Shown: positions 1-10,444 of the stretch, piece after piece
Layout of the letters: every line of letters begins with the position of its first letter
Position numbering within the stretch: position 1 is the stretch's first letter
Virus record (IMG/VR): IMGVR_UViG_3300025121_000282
Location: 1-64,000 of that record
Length of the DNA: 64,000 nt
Direction: 5' to 3' (one strand)
Position numbers and translations under genes: made by a program
The notes under the pieces: model-generated
Databases searched by the model: none
What the model saw: the letters and a program-made list of their open reading frames with translations, nothing else
Told to the model about the DNA's origin: nothing

Positions 1-31
1 CAGTGTATTTAACGATGGCAGCGGCCTAACA

Positions 32-952
32 ATGGAAACTTATTTTGTAACCGGTACTGATTCTTACAGAAAAACTGCTTGTGTACACACTATCAAAAAT
101 AAAAACAAGCAGCTTGACATGAAAGTACTGCGGTCAGACGATGATTTTATAGAGTATATAGAGGAAGAGAGTATATTCAACCCAACCAACAAGCTTCTTG
201 TGGTTTTAGACGCAGAGAAAATAAAACCAGACGAGCACATGAAGGCTGCTTTGGAGTGTGATAGGCCTCATGTAGTTATTTTTCATGCTTCTTCTGACCA
301 AAGAAACAAGAAGTTAGAATCTGTTTCTGGTATGAAAGTAATGGAATTTAACGGGCTAAAAACTTATGAAAACAACAATGAATTTAAACCGTGGGTAAAT
401 AGACTTATTCGTGCAAATGGACTGCTATTTTCTCCAGAGGCCAACGACCTTTTTTGTAGGTATGTAACCCCAGACTTGCACTCAGTCCAATCAGAATTAG
501 AAAAAATCAAATACTATAAGCCCGACGACACTATTACAACAGATGACATAAAGTTATTGATAGAATGTAGGTCTACACTAGGCATGTGGGACCCTGTGAT
601 GTCTTTGTTCGGTTCAGACAAAGACACAGCTGTACGTCAGCTTTTACAGTTATTGGAAGAAGACTCAGCCCCTGCTGTTTTAGCGGGTATGTACAATCTC
701 GTTTTCAAACTTTCCATGCTGAGCGACATGCTTTCTAAGAAAGAAAGCTTGGATAATATTTCCAAGACTTTAGGTATACCAAAGTTTCTTTTGTCGCTAA
801 ATTGGGTTGGAATTTCTGAAAAGACCTCTACTGAAAAGATTGTAAAGGTGCTGCACTACATGTGTACGGCAGATAACATGCTGACAACAAGTGCCGTGCC
901 ACCCAATGATGTTATGGTCCAGTTATTTAAGTCTATTAGCGATACAACCTGA
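32..952 (+). CDS. holA: DNA polymerase III delta (clamp loader) subunit-like protein
   Basis: 306 aa with a degenerate AAA+ layout: N-terminal YFVTG, clamp-contact-like 'EESIFN' (compare the delta SLF motif), 'DLHSVQSELEKIKYY' lid helix and a C-terminal collar. DnaX and a clamp-like gene lie in the same block. Confidence 0.75.
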   Translation: METYFVTGTDSYRKTACVHTIKNKNKQLDMKVLRSDDDFIEYIEEESIFNPTNKLLVVLDAEKIKPDEHMKAALECDRPHVVIFHASSDQRNKKLESVSGMKVMEFNGLKTYENNNEFKPWVNRLIRANGLLFSPEANDLFCRYVTPDLHSVQSELEKIKYYKPDDTITTDDIKLLIECRSTLGMWDPVMSLFGSDKDTAVRQLLQLLEEDSAPAVLAGMYNLVFKLSMLSDMLSKKESLDNISKTLGIPKFLLSLNWVGISEKTSTEKIVKVLHYMCTADNMLTTSAVPPNDVMVQLFKSISDTT

Positions 953-981
953 TTGACTGTAATACCGTAGTCATCAATACT
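953..981 (+). promoter_or_regulatory. candidate sigma70-like promoter upstream of the ligase
   Basis: TTGACT (953-958), a 17-nt spacer, then AATACT (976-981) in the short intergenic gap. The -10 element is imperfect. Confidence 0.3.
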
Positions 982-999
982 AGTAACAACCACGTACAG

Positions 1000-2961
1000 G
1001 TGATGTCTATGTCTACAAATTACATTGAAGAACTGGTAACCAAGCTTCAGGCCTGGGATGCCGCCTACACCATGGGCACCCCCGCCGTTAGTGACGATGT
1101 GTATGACGCTGTCAAAAGAGAAGTATACCTAGCTGCCCCTGGTCACCCGTATCTCAATGCAGTTGGCGCTCCTGTACCAGCCACCTCCCGATGGCCGGAA
1201 GTTAGGTATACCACTGTTATGGGTTCTCTGCACAAAGTGCACACAGAACCTGAGTTCAGAGACTGGGCAACCAAGACAGGCTCTAACACGTTTAGGGCCT
1301 CGTACAAGGGTGATGGTTTTGCTCTGTCTTTAATGTATGAAAAAGGTGTTTTGGTGTGTGCTGGCACTCGTGGGGAGGGAGACCGCGGGGAAAACATTTA
1401 CCATAATGCCATTTTGTTTGCTGGAGTGCCCCAGCGTTTACCTCACCCTTTAACCACTGAGATTCGTGGGGAGGTGATCCTTACCAATTCTCAGCGGCTA
1501 AAGATGGTGGAAGACGGTCTTCGTAGTGAGGCATACGCGAACAATAGGAATGGAGCAGTGGGGGCTGGGAAAGCTGGTGACCCGACAGATAGGTCTAAAT
1601 CCAAGCTTTGTTCCTACCTTACTTTTATCGCGTATGCTGTTGTTGGTGGTGTGAACGGACTAGTAGACAGAGAGATGGAATACAAGGTCCTTAGGTCCTT
1701 AGGTTTCAACACGTTCACATACATCACTGGTGGTATTGACGCCATAATTGGGTTTATGAATGACGAAACCCTGCGTCGTCCCCTTTTGGACTTTGATATT
1801 GATGGTGTGGTAGTAGAGGTATATAATTTCCAAGACTGCAACAAACTCGGCATGGGCCCTGACAATAGGCCGAGGTATGCAAGAGCCTGGAAGTTTGAAG
1901 CAGAAACCGCCATCGGAACTAACAATATGGTTACATGGGAAGTCGGTCAGGGTGGCACAATCACCCCCTGTGCCAACTTTAACCCTCCCATCAGCTTAGG
2001 TGGTACCAGTATTTCCAGGGCTTCTCTTCACAATGCAAAGTGGGTTAAAGACCACGCCATAGGCGATGGCGCAATCGTCGTAATTAAACGAGCAGGAGAC
2101 GTAATTCCGCAGGTAGTGTCTGTGGTTACCCCTGGCCCAAGCGGTGTTTCTTCACCCCCAGCTTTTTGCCCCGAGTGCGGCGCGGTAGTTGATTACAAAA
2201 CTACCAAAGACGGCGTGGGCGCTCATCTTTGGTGCACCAACATCAAGTGTTTCGCCAGAGTTTATGGCAAGATTGAACGTTGGATAGACACACTTGGTGT
2301 CAAGCAGTTTGGTGGGGCGTTGATTACTGCTCTGGTTAGAGAGAACTTGGTTTCTTCCCCGGATGACCTTTACAAACTGAAAGCGGATGCCGTCGCTGAG
2401 TTGCTTAAGCCTGATAGTAAATCCAGGTTTGGTGATTCGGCCAGGACTGCAATTCAAAACCTCAAGGCTGTGAAAGAAGTGGATTTAGCCACATTCGTTG
2501 CAGGCCTAGGTATTACGGGGGTAGACCGTTCAACGGTCCAGTTAGCTATAGACTCTGGGTTCAAAACATACGATAGCCTATTGGTCGCCACCGTGCCCAA
2601 GTTGGCTTCTATCCCTAAGATGGGCGCTCACACCGCTCAAAAATTGGTGGATGGGCTAATCTCCACTGCCCCCATCGGTAGACGACTACTGGTGGCAGGG
2701 ATCAAGGTAGCACCGCCAAAAACTGGTAAATTTACTGGACTCAAAATATGCTTTACTGGAAGTAGAGACTTAGTAGAGATAGCCTCTGCTGAGGGGGCCC
2801 GTATAGCCAGTTCTTGCTCCAAAGACACTAGTTTCTTGGTGGCGGAAGATCTGGCCTCTGTTTCTGGTAAAGCCGAACAGGCTAGAAAGTACGGCGTTAA
2901 AATCATAACCAGAGACGAGTTCTTGGCCATGTTGACAACTGCCGGGCCTCCTTGTTGCTAA
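1000..2961 (+). CDS. ligA: NAD-dependent DNA ligase
   Basis: Domain Ia 'DDVYDAVK', 'MGSLHKV', adenylation motif KGDG, OB fold 'RAGDVIPQV', Cys4 finger CPECG..C..C, HhH repeats and a C-terminal BRCT 'ICFTGS'. Confidence 0.97.
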   Translation: MMSMSTNYIEELVTKLQAWDAAYTMGTPAVSDDVYDAVKREVYLAAPGHPYLNAVGAPVPATSRWPEVRYTTVMGSLHKVHTEPEFRDWATKTGSNTFRASYKGDGFALSLMYEKGVLVCAGTRGEGDRGENIYHNAILFAGVPQRLPHPLTTEIRGEVILTNSQRLKMVEDGLRSEAYANNRNGAVGAGKAGDPTDRSKSKLCSYLTFIAYAVVGGVNGLVDREMEYKVLRSLGFNTFTYITGGIDAIIGFMNDETLRRPLLDFDIDGVVVEVYNFQDCNKLGMGPDNRPRYARAWKFEAETAIGTNNMVTWEVGQGGTITPCANFNPPISLGGTSISRASLHNAKWVKDHAIGDGAIVVIKRAGDVIPQVVSVVTPGPSGVSSPPAFCPECGAVVDYKTTKDGVGAHLWCTNIKCFARVYGKIERWIDTLGVKQFGGALITALVRENLVSSPDDLYKLKADAVAELLKPDSKSRFGDSARTAIQNLKAVKEVDLATFVAGLGITGVDRSTVQLAIDSGFKTYDSLLVATVPKLASIPKMGAHTAQKLVDGLISTAPIGRRLLVAGIKVAPPKTGKFTGLKICFTGSRDLVEIASAEGARIASSCSKDTSFLVAEDLASVSGKAEQARKYGVKIITRDEFLAMLTTAGPPCC

Positions 2962-2992
2962 GTAATCCTGTCGCTGCTGTATTGTTTGTACC

Positions 2993-5900
2993 ATGGAAAT
3001 AACTGTAAAAGCGCGGATCGACCGCGTCACATTTTCTACTCCGAATGAGCGCTTCTTCATATTTTATGCCACTCTTTTAGACACCCACAAAAAAGGCACA
3101 CGCCTATCATTTAAGGGCTATGCCCACTCGGTTGAGCCACACCCAGACCTAGTATTTACTGCAACAGGTAATTTTACTAGCCACCCTAAATATGGTGAGC
3201 AATTTGATTTTATAAAAATGTCTGAAGTACTCGAATCTGAGTACGGCATCGTTATGTTTCTTCAACATAACTTTAAGAGTATTGGGCCTGCGGCAGCCAA
3301 AAATATAGCCTCAAAATTCGGGGCAGACACCGTAAAGATTCTAAACGATAACATAGATGTACTTGATGACTGTGAGTTCTTAACCACAGAACAAAGACGT
3401 CAAATTAAAGAAAACTGGTTCAACTTAGCTAGGTATAGAGATGTTGCCCTATTTCTGCACGACTTGGGAGTCACTCCTGGGCTTGTGAGTAAAGTCTGGG
3501 CCAAGCTTGGCTCTGATACTCAAATAATACTCACTGAAAACCCATATAGACTTATGGATGTTCCTGGCATAGGGTTTACCAAAGCAGACATGATTGCAAC
3601 CAAAACAGGGTTTCCCCCTGATTCCAATTGCAGAATTCAGGCCTGTTTGAACCATTGTATTGATGAGGTTTGTTTTGCTGGGGGCAACACATACACCTAC
3701 GTAGACCCTCTTCTGTCCAGGATGCTGGACTATTTAGGCGACCACGTCACCCGAGTTAAAATTTTAGAGAATATAAAGCTGTTGCGTGACGCCAAAAAGC
3801 TTATCACCGATAAAGACAGCGATGGGGCAGTGACAGTAGCATCTCCCAAACTCCACTGGGCTGAACAAAGAAGTGCTGAATTCTTAGTAAAGCATATATC
3901 CACTAACGAAAATGTAGACTTAGATTACCTACCCAATTTCATTGCACGTCAAGAAGGTAAAATTGGTTATGGTCTGTCTGAGGACCAAAAGAAGTCAATA
4001 GAATTAGTATACACATTTGGGTGTGCAGTTATCACAGGTCTTCCGGGCACTGGCAAAACCACTGTTACACGGGTTGTGTACGAATTATTAAAGGACATGG
4101 GCAAACGTATATGTCTGATGGCCCCCACGGGGGTAGCAGCCAAAAGAATGGAATCTGCCATCCCCGGAGCAGCGGCTTTCACTATTCACCGCACTCTTGG
4201 ATACATGGGGGACGACGAGTTTAGCTTCAATGAAGACAACAAACTGGACTGCAGTGCTGCAATCATAGACGAATCGTCTATGGTTGACGTGGTGTTGCTT
4301 GAGAAACTTTTAGCAGCACTACCAGATTCCGCTGTGATAGTGTTTGTAGGCGATCACGCACAATTGCCATCTGTTGGCCCCGGCAATGTGTTGTTTGACC
4401 TTATAAATAGCAACATCATACCTGTGGTCAGGTTTACAAAGATTTATAGACAGGGCGAGTTGTCTGGTATCATTACCGCTGCTCACGACATATACTATGG
4501 TAAAGTGCCAGACTTTGGTAAAAAGGGTTCCGATTTTAGAGTTGTCGAGATTGTAGATTCTTCGAATTGCCCAGACCACGATAAGATTCGAGAATCGACC
4601 AAAGAAGTCGCTATCAGGTTGTTTAACGGAGATTTTGGTTCTTTTCAGGTTTTGGCCCCAATGTACAAAGGCCAAACAGGCATTCATGAGTTAAATACCC
4701 TGCTTAGAGACGCCCTCAACCCTCTGTCTCCTGGGGATTTGCAAACTAAAAAATTTAGAGTCAATGACAGAATCATGGTTACTGCCAATGACTACGACCT
4801 GGGTGTTTTTAATGGGGACATGGGCAAAGTAGACACCATAAACAAGGCATCCAACACTGTAACTATAAAAGTATTTGGAGACCCAGATAAATACGTCACT
4901 ATGGAGACTAACGAAGCTCACGATATGCTTACTCTGGCTTATTGTGTGTCCATCCATAAATGTGTCCACCCATCAACATACACAGAAGTTAATGGTGGGT
5001 TGTACCCTATCGGTATACTAAACAGTTCTGGGTCCATATCGTCCCACTCTGGCACTAAGCCTTATACCCAGGTACACAAGTATGGCGAAGCCCCTGCACT
5101 GCAATTGGAAACTGAGGATGGATATACACTTACGGCTACGCCAAATCATGGTTTAGACGTGTGGGACGGAACCTCGTTTACTAAGCAATTGTTTCAAGAT
5201 ATACGGCCGGGGGCACTAACACGACTCAAATTGGGGTGTGTAACTGACCGCACCTCTTATGTTACACTCCCACCCTCAGTTTCGGTACATTCTTCCGCCA
5301 TGTTACATAACATCCCCGTTCAAGTTACGCACGATGTGGCAGAATTTTTAGGACTGATGGTGGCAGATGGGACAGTTTATGATGCTGGTTTTAGACTGGC
5401 AAAAGAACATGTAGAAGTAGCTGATCGATTTGACGCATTGTGCCGCAGTATATTTGGAGTTGAACCAAAAAGATTCTTTACTTTGGGTGCTCACCATGTA
5501 GAAGTCAATTCGACATACCTCGTTGCTTGGTTAAGACAAATTGGGGGTATTCACCCAAACAACAAGTATGTACCCGATTGTGTAATGGAATCCGGCACTG
5601 CGGTGCAACGTAAGTTCTGTAAGGCTTTTTTTGAGGATGGGTCCGTACACCTTAGACGTGGTAGGAACATTTTAGACCATATACAAATTGCCATTCACAA
5701 CCCACACTTACGGTATCAAGTGTATACCTTACTACTGAGACTGGGTATAGCAGTTAGTTGTATAAAATCAAAAACTACCCCTATTTTGGCAATTTATGGC
5801 CAACAAGCACTTGTGTTTGGTAAGGAAATTGGATTTATAACATACGAAAAAGACCGCAGGTCTAAATTGCCTGCAGGGGCAGAATGGCACACCCCGATAC

Positions 5901-6454
5901 CAGTTTCGGCAGCCGAAATCCAAGAGTGTAGAAAGCACGCTATTGTCAGACTACCCAAAAATCTGCGAAACAAAGAATGGCTTAAACGTGGTACATGGAG
6001 TAAATACTTTTTAAATGGTGTGCTTTCTAAATTAGACCCCCAGTCTGACATACACAGCATACTTGTAGATAAGTTGGGATACAATTATCAGTTTGTTAAA
6101 TCTATGATTCCCACAGAGTGTGAGTCGGTTTGTGTAGAAGTTCCCGATGGGCATCAATTTCTTCAGAATGGGTTTTGTGGATGGAATTCTCAGGGTAACG
6201 CTTGGGACACAGTCATTATTATACTGACTCGTGACAATGGCCGCATGCTGTATCGTAACTTGATATACACAGCAATAACCAGGGCCAGATCTCGTGTTCT
6301 AATACTTGGTGACAGGCAAGCAGTTACCAGAGCCATAGAGAACAACGACGCCAACAAGAGAAACACTAAGTTGGCTAAAGTACTAAGGTCTGTGTACGAC
6401 AGCACAAAAAATACTGACACAAAAGAGACTGTTGATGTCGGAAGTGAAACCTGA
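2993..6454 (+). CDS. recD2: RecD2-like SF1B helicase containing an intein
   Basis: N-terminal OB and HhH region, Walker A GLPGTGKT, 'LMAPTGVAAKR', 'IIDESSM', 'VGDHAQLPSVGPG', 'SIHK|SQG' interrupted by an intein, and 'LIYTAITRAR'. Confidence 0.95.
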   Translation: MEITVKARIDRVTFSTPNERFFIFYATLLDTHKKGTRLSFKGYAHSVEPHPDLVFTATGNFTSHPKYGEQFDFIKMSEVLESEYGIVMFLQHNFKSIGPAAAKNIASKFGADTVKILNDNIDVLDDCEFLTTEQRRQIKENWFNLARYRDVALFLHDLGVTPGLVSKVWAKLGSDTQIILTENPYRLMDVPGIGFTKADMIATKTGFPPDSNCRIQACLNHCIDEVCFAGGNTYTYVDPLLSRMLDYLGDHVTRVKILENIKLLRDAKKLITDKDSDGAVTVASPKLHWAEQRSAEFLVKHISTNENVDLDYLPNFIARQEGKIGYGLSEDQKKSIELVYTFGCAVITGLPGTGKTTVTRVVYELLKDMGKRICLMAPTGVAAKRMESAIPGAAAFTIHRTLGYMGDDEFSFNEDNKLDCSAAIIDESSMVDVVLLEKLLAALPDSAVIVFVGDHAQLPSVGPGNVLFDLINSNIIPVVRFTKIYRQGELSGIITAAHDIYYGKVPDFGKKGSDFRVVEIVDSSNCPDHDKIRESTKEVAIRLFNGDFGSFQVLAPMYKGQTGIHELNTLLRDALNPLSPGDLQTKKFRVNDRIMVTANDYDLGVFNGDMGKVDTINKASNTVTIKVFGDPDKYVTMETNEAHDMLTLAYCVSIHKCVHPSTYTEVNGGLYPIGILNSSGSISSHSGTKPYTQVHKYGEAPALQLETEDGYTLTATPNHGLDVWDGTSFTKQLFQDIRPGALTRLKLGCVTDRTSYVTLPPSVSVHSSAMLHNIPVQVTHDVAEFLGLMVADGTVYDAGFRLAKEHVEVADRFDALCRSIFGVEPKRFFTLGAHHVEVNSTYLVAWLRQIGGIHPNNKYVPDCVMESGTAVQRKFCKAFFEDGSVHLRRGRNILDHIQIAIHNPHLRYQVYTLLLRLGIAVSCIKSKTTPILAIYGQQALVFGKEIGFITYEKDRRSKLPAGAEWHTPIPVSAAEIQECRKHAIVRLPKNLRNKEWLKRGTWSKYFLNGVLSKLDPQSDIHSILVDKLGYNYQFVKSMIPTECESVCVEVPDGHQFLQNGFCGWNSQGNAWDTVIIILTRDNGRMLYRNLIYTAITRARSRVLILGDRQAVTRAIENNDANKRNTKLAKVLRSVYDSTKNTDTKETVDVGSET
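4961..6187 (+). mobile_element. intein (409 aa) with LAGLIDADG homing endonuclease in RecD2
   Basis: Starts CVHPST after HK; block B 'TATPNH'; endonuclease motifs 'FLGLMVADG' and 'AFFEDG'; ends 'GFCGWN' followed by Ser. Removing it restores HKSQG. Confidence 0.93.
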
Positions 6455-6761
6455 GGATTTGTTGGTTACTAGTTTTACCGTGTCAGGTAAATTTGTTTCG
6501 CGTACATACAGAGGGGGTGACACATTTATCTCCATGACTGTGTCACCCAGGAGTCCTATCCCGCTTATGGATATGGCAGCCGCCCACGCTATAGCCTCTA
6601 AAAACCTATACAAAAGATTGATGACAGACGCCATATCCAAAGGCCATATCTCTAAACCTGATGGCCTAAATGAACTTAGACTGGTGCTTAGCAACATAGA
6701 CGCACTGTCTAATCCTAACAAAAAACCAGAACAAACAAAGACTGATTCAAATGAAACCTGA
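6432..6761 (+). CDS. hypothetical protein
   Basis: 109-aa ORF tightly coupled to both neighbours. Confidence 0.7.
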   Translation: MMSEVKPEDLLVTSFTVSGKFVSRTYRGGDTFISMTVSPRSPIPLMDMAAAHAIASKNLYKRLMTDAISKGHISKPDGLNELRLVLSNIDALSNPNKKPEQTKTDSNET

Positions 6762-7629
6762 AAGATTTGAGTACATATGTGGTAGACTAGACACTATGAA
6801 CTTGACCTTGCCACCTGACCCTGTTGAAGTTGGGTATGATGGCTTGGCTCAGTTGATATCCCAAGCCAGGGCATTTATGTCAGAGTCAGAAAGGTATATG
6901 AGGGAGACACTGAAAAACATACACATAGTCAGTATACTGCTCAATAACAAGAAGTCCCAGTATGAAATTCAGTCAGATTCATTATTAACAGACCACGACA
7001 TTAAACACCTGCCGAACATTCTAGACAGACGTGCTGCAGTTAATCAATTACTAAAACCCCTTATTGCCGAGATAGCAGCACACGAGGCAGAGTTGTTCAG
7101 TAATAACTCTGCCAGGACCATAATCAGGTCAAAAATGAACGACCTAAAGGGTATCATTATGGACCTGAAAACGATGCACCGGTTATTGGTGGATGATAAG
7201 CACTCTGGTGCGTACTATGGGTCAGAACACAAAGATCCCACTCTACCAGGAAAAGTCGTAGTTACTGTCCCAGAAAATGTCTCGGTTGATGACCTGATTT
7301 CGGGCGACGAAACCCCTACAGACTTTGGTCACGCAGTAATCGACTCGCCCGCCTCTGCCGTCACTACAGAAGACATAGACTGCATTGACGTCTCTGTACT
7401 GCTGACATCGGACATCCCTGCCCCGGTCTCTAACAAAAATTCAGATGCATTTGATATCGATGAGATACTTGCAAATGTGTCCAGTCCTTCAGTAGCGAAG
7501 CCAGTGTCCAGTCCCAGCCCCACGGATGACGATAACGTTTTAGCCTTGTTGAATCAGGTGCAAATACCCCCCAAAAAAGACATAGTTGCAGTTGACAGCT
7601 ATGACTTGGCCGGTCTTATAGGCGATTGA
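6751..7629 (+). CDS. coiled-coil protein with acidic tail, possibly a UvsY-like recombination mediator
   Basis: Helical N-terminal two-thirds and a disordered acidic C-terminus. It lies just upstream of the SSB-like, RuvC and RecA genes; the function is positional inference. Confidence 0.35.
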   Translation: MKPERFEYICGRLDTMNLTLPPDPVEVGYDGLAQLISQARAFMSESERYMRETLKNIHIVSILLNNKKSQYEIQSDSLLTDHDIKHLPNILDRRAAVNQLLKPLIAEIAAHEAELFSNNSARTIIRSKMNDLKGIIMDLKTMHRLLVDDKHSGAYYGSEHKDPTLPGKVVVTVPENVSVDDLISGDETPTDFGHAVIDSPASAVTTEDIDCIDVSVLLTSDIPAPVSNKNSDAFDIDEILANVSSPSVAKPVSSPSPTDDDNVLALLNQVQIPPKKDIVAVDSYDLAGLIGD

Positions 7630-7734
7630 GTGTGGTGATTTTTTGTTGTATAGTGGTAGTGCACAAGTGTGGCGTACTGACTTCTGGTGGTACCAGATCT
7701 TTCAGATGGCCTCCCATAAGCCGGAGAAATCAAA

Positions 7735-8526
7735 ATGGGTGCTGGATTCGTAGACTTAGACCTTGAAGATGGCGACAGCAAAGCCAACAAGTCCCTGACA
7801 GGGGGTAGAACTGAGACCTACAAGGGTATCAAGAACTACACCAACAGACTTTCTTTTATTTGGTATAACCAGATACCGGGTACTTCTGAAAAAGACCCTA
7901 TAGAAAGTCGGTATGCCACGGATACACGCCCCAAGTTCAAGGGTGCAAATGTTGCATATAAGAAAGACTCGGGCCTCGGATTCGTAATATACGAGGGGGA
8001 CAACGAGTTTATTAAGAGCGCCATAGGCGATTCCAAGGGTAGAGTAATCACCCTGGTAGTGAAATACTTGACCGACAAGGATGGCAATCTCATCAAGGGT
8101 GCCATTTCGCCTGAGCGCGGGTGGGAAGTTATACCGTGGGTTATGGCAAAGCAGCGCTTTGACGAACTCATGAAGTACCACAAGCAGAGCCCGTTCCAGA
8201 CTCATGACATTCTGGCGTCGTGCGAGAATTCCGAATTCCAGAATTTCAAGTTTATTTCGTGCAATGAGGCTTTGTGGCGCAATCCCAAACTCAGCAAGAA
8301 TATTCTTTCAGCCGCTGCTACTTTTAAAGAGGAAGAACTCTTAAAGCAGTTGGGCACAATTCGGTCGGACCAGTGGATTCTGGAGAAGTTGGGTAAGGGA
8401 CCCGGGTCGTCTGGCAATGTTGCCGACCTCGTAGCAGATGCTATTGACCTGGACGACCTTACCGCGGGCAGCAAGGCAGCTGGTGGCGACGTCCCCACGG
8501 ACTACGACGACCTACTGGCTCCTTGA
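7735..8526 (+). CDS. single-stranded DNA-binding protein-like (gp32-type)
   Basis: Aromatic- and Lys-rich core, strongly acidic C-terminal tail (DYDDLLAP), GGAG ribosome-binding site, GC-richer codons suggesting high expression, and location in the recombination cluster. Confidence 0.55.
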   Translation: MGAGFVDLDLEDGDSKANKSLTGGRTETYKGIKNYTNRLSFIWYNQIPGTSEKDPIESRYATDTRPKFKGANVAYKKDSGLGFVIYEGDNEFIKSAIGDSKGRVITLVVKYLTDKDGNLIKGAISPERGWEVIPWVMAKQRFDELMKYHKQSPFQTHDILASCENSEFQNFKFISCNEALWRNPKLSKNILSAAATFKEEELLKQLGTIRSDQWILEKLGKGPGSSGNVADLVADAIDLDDLTAGSKAAGGDVPTDYDDLLAP

Positions 8527-9170
8527 TCTACGGGCTTGACCCATCCCTAAATGGATTTGGTTGGGCGAAGCTGAATGGTTCTGGGCTGTTTGCAAATAGC
8601 GGCAGAATCCACACTTCGCCTAAAAACCAATTTGTCCATAGGCACTGGCACATAAAAACAGAGTTGGGTTCCATCATAGAGCCTAACTCTGTTGTAGGCA
8701 TTGAGAGCGTAGCCTTTGAAGGCACTCAATCCGAGGGGTTGTATGCCCTGTACACACACACAATGGAAGTGTTGTGGCAAAAGGGGTGTGACGTTGTACT
8801 CTTTGACCCCACTACCCTAAAGTGTCTCTCAAAAGAGAAATGGGCCGTAGACCCAGAAATAAAACCTTTTATAACTATGGACAAACCTGAGATGATACAG
8901 GTTGCCACCCAACTTTCTAATAACAATTTTAAGTCTTCAGATGAGGCAGACGCCTACTTGGCTGGGTACTTTGCAGATAGGTTTTGGCAACTGTACGATG
9001 GCCGAATAAGTGTTGGGGACCTTGGCCCATCTGAACAAAAATCTTTTGCGGGGATTAAGCAACCCACAAAAGGTAAAAATGCTGGACAGATTTTAAAAAC
9101 TGGTGCGATTTTTAGAGAAAACGTAAGATTTTTTCGATTTTCGCGCCATGACTTAAGTTTTGAGGAGTGA
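8523..9170 (+). CDS. ruvC: RuvC-like Holliday junction resolvase
   Basis: RNase H-fold acidic motifs 'GLDPSLNGFG', 'GIESVAF' and 'DEADA'. TTG start overlaps the upstream stop. Confidence 0.85.
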   Translation: MIYGLDPSLNGFGWAKLNGSGLFANSGRIHTSPKNQFVHRHWHIKTELGSIIEPNSVVGIESVAFEGTQSEGLYALYTHTMEVLWQKGCDVVLFDPTTLKCLSKEKWAVDPEIKPFITMDKPEMIQVATQLSNNNFKSSDEADAYLAGYFADRFWQLYDGRISVGDLGPSEQKSFAGIKQPTKGKNAGQILKTGAIFRENVRFFRFSRHDLSFEE

Positions 9171-9173
9171 CCC

Positions 9174-10433
9174 ATGGCTATGACATCCGCTCAGGTTGGC
9201 CTTTCTTTTTTAAAAAAGAAGTATAAAGATGTATATGACACCTCATACACAGAGATTTCCGAACAAAAACAAGTACCACACATACCTACTGGAAGTATAA
9301 TTCTTGACAACCTTATAGGCGGCACCCGGATAGACGGCAACAAGAGAGTGTGTCCCGGGTGGCCCAAGGGCAAAATCGTAGAGTGTTACGGGCATGAGAG
9401 TTCTGGTAAGTCTACAGTAGCCATGCACTACTGTGCCCAGATTTTGGCTGCAGGTGGGTCTGTTTGTTATGTAGACCTGGAGAATGCATTTTCGCATGGG
9501 TACGCGAAAAACATGGGCATCGACATACACAGCGATAGATTTATTTTGTTGCAACCGTATACATTTGAGGACGCATTTAATATTATAGAAGTTATGGTTG
9601 AAGCAAAGGTTGATGCAGTCATCATAGACTCGGTGTCCGGATTGATCCCTAAAGCTGTGTTTGAGGCCGAATTAGGCACCGGTCAACAGGTAGACTCGTT
9701 ACCTAAGTTGATGTCCCAGAATTTGAAAAGGGTGGTCCAACTACAAAGAAAGTGCGGGCTGATTACCACCATTTTCTTTGTGAATCAGGTTCGTGACAAA
9801 ATCAAGACCAGTAAGTACGACACCGGTCCCAATGAGGACACCAGCGGTGGCCGCGCTCTTAAGTTTTATGCAACACTAAGAATAAAGCTTAGGAGAAAAT
9901 CCATCGAATCGGCTATGGTCAGGGACCCCCTTACTGGAGATTCTAGCAAGCAGGCCATATCAAACGTCATCCAGGTGACTGGGGTTAAGAACAAGATAGA
10001 TTCTAGACAAAACCATACCGCACTTATGAACATAAGATACGGACATGGCATCGACAATTATAGGAGCATAATGGACATAGCCATTATGCGCAAGATTATA
10101 ACAAAGTACAACAAAACATACCTTGAGTATGTAGGCAGTTCTCCAGAGGTGTCATTCGGTAGGCCCGCTGACGATGGTACTTGGTCCCCCATGGCTGGCT
10201 CCAAAAATGGCATTGAACAATGTAGAGCGTTCATCATAAATAACCCATCTGTGTTCAAGGATATCCTGTCTAGGGTGATGGAATACTTGTCTACTGGTGT
10301 GCAGGAAATAAGTTCCGAAATGGTGGAAGGTGAAGAGCTTGAGTCCCAAACCGTGGGTGGTCAAGAAGATTTAGAGGCAGATGAAAACGTCCCAGATATT
10401 GCTGATTTGATCGGGGATGATGACATAGAGTAG
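9174..10433 (+). CDS. recA: RecA/UvsX recombinase
   Basis: 'IPTGSIILD', Walker A GHESSGKS, 'IIDSVSGL', 'FVNQVR' and 'GGRALKFYA'. Confidence 0.97.
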   Translation: MAMTSAQVGLSFLKKKYKDVYDTSYTEISEQKQVPHIPTGSIILDNLIGGTRIDGNKRVCPGWPKGKIVECYGHESSGKSTVAMHYCAQILAAGGSVCYVDLENAFSHGYAKNMGIDIHSDRFILLQPYTFEDAFNIIEVMVEAKVDAVIIDSVSGLIPKAVFEAELGTGQQVDSLPKLMSQNLKRVVQLQRKCGLITTIFFVNQVRDKIKTSKYDTGPNEDTSGGRALKFYATLRIKLRRKSIESAMVRDPLTGDSSKQAISNVIQVTGVKNKIDSRQNHTALMNIRYGHGIDNYRSIMDIAIMRKIITKYNKTYLEYVGSSPEVSFGRPADDGTWSPMAGSKNGIEQCRAFIINNPSVFKDILSRVMEYLSTGVQEISSEMVEGEELESQTVGGQEDLEADENVPDIADLIGDDDIE

Positions 10434-10444
10434 GCACACTGGTC

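Noticed and set aside
7630-7734. Structured autoregulatory RNA ahead of the SSB-like gene (as for T4 gene 32)
   Set aside because: Only short, weak pairings were seen; it cannot be supported without folding and covariation analysis.
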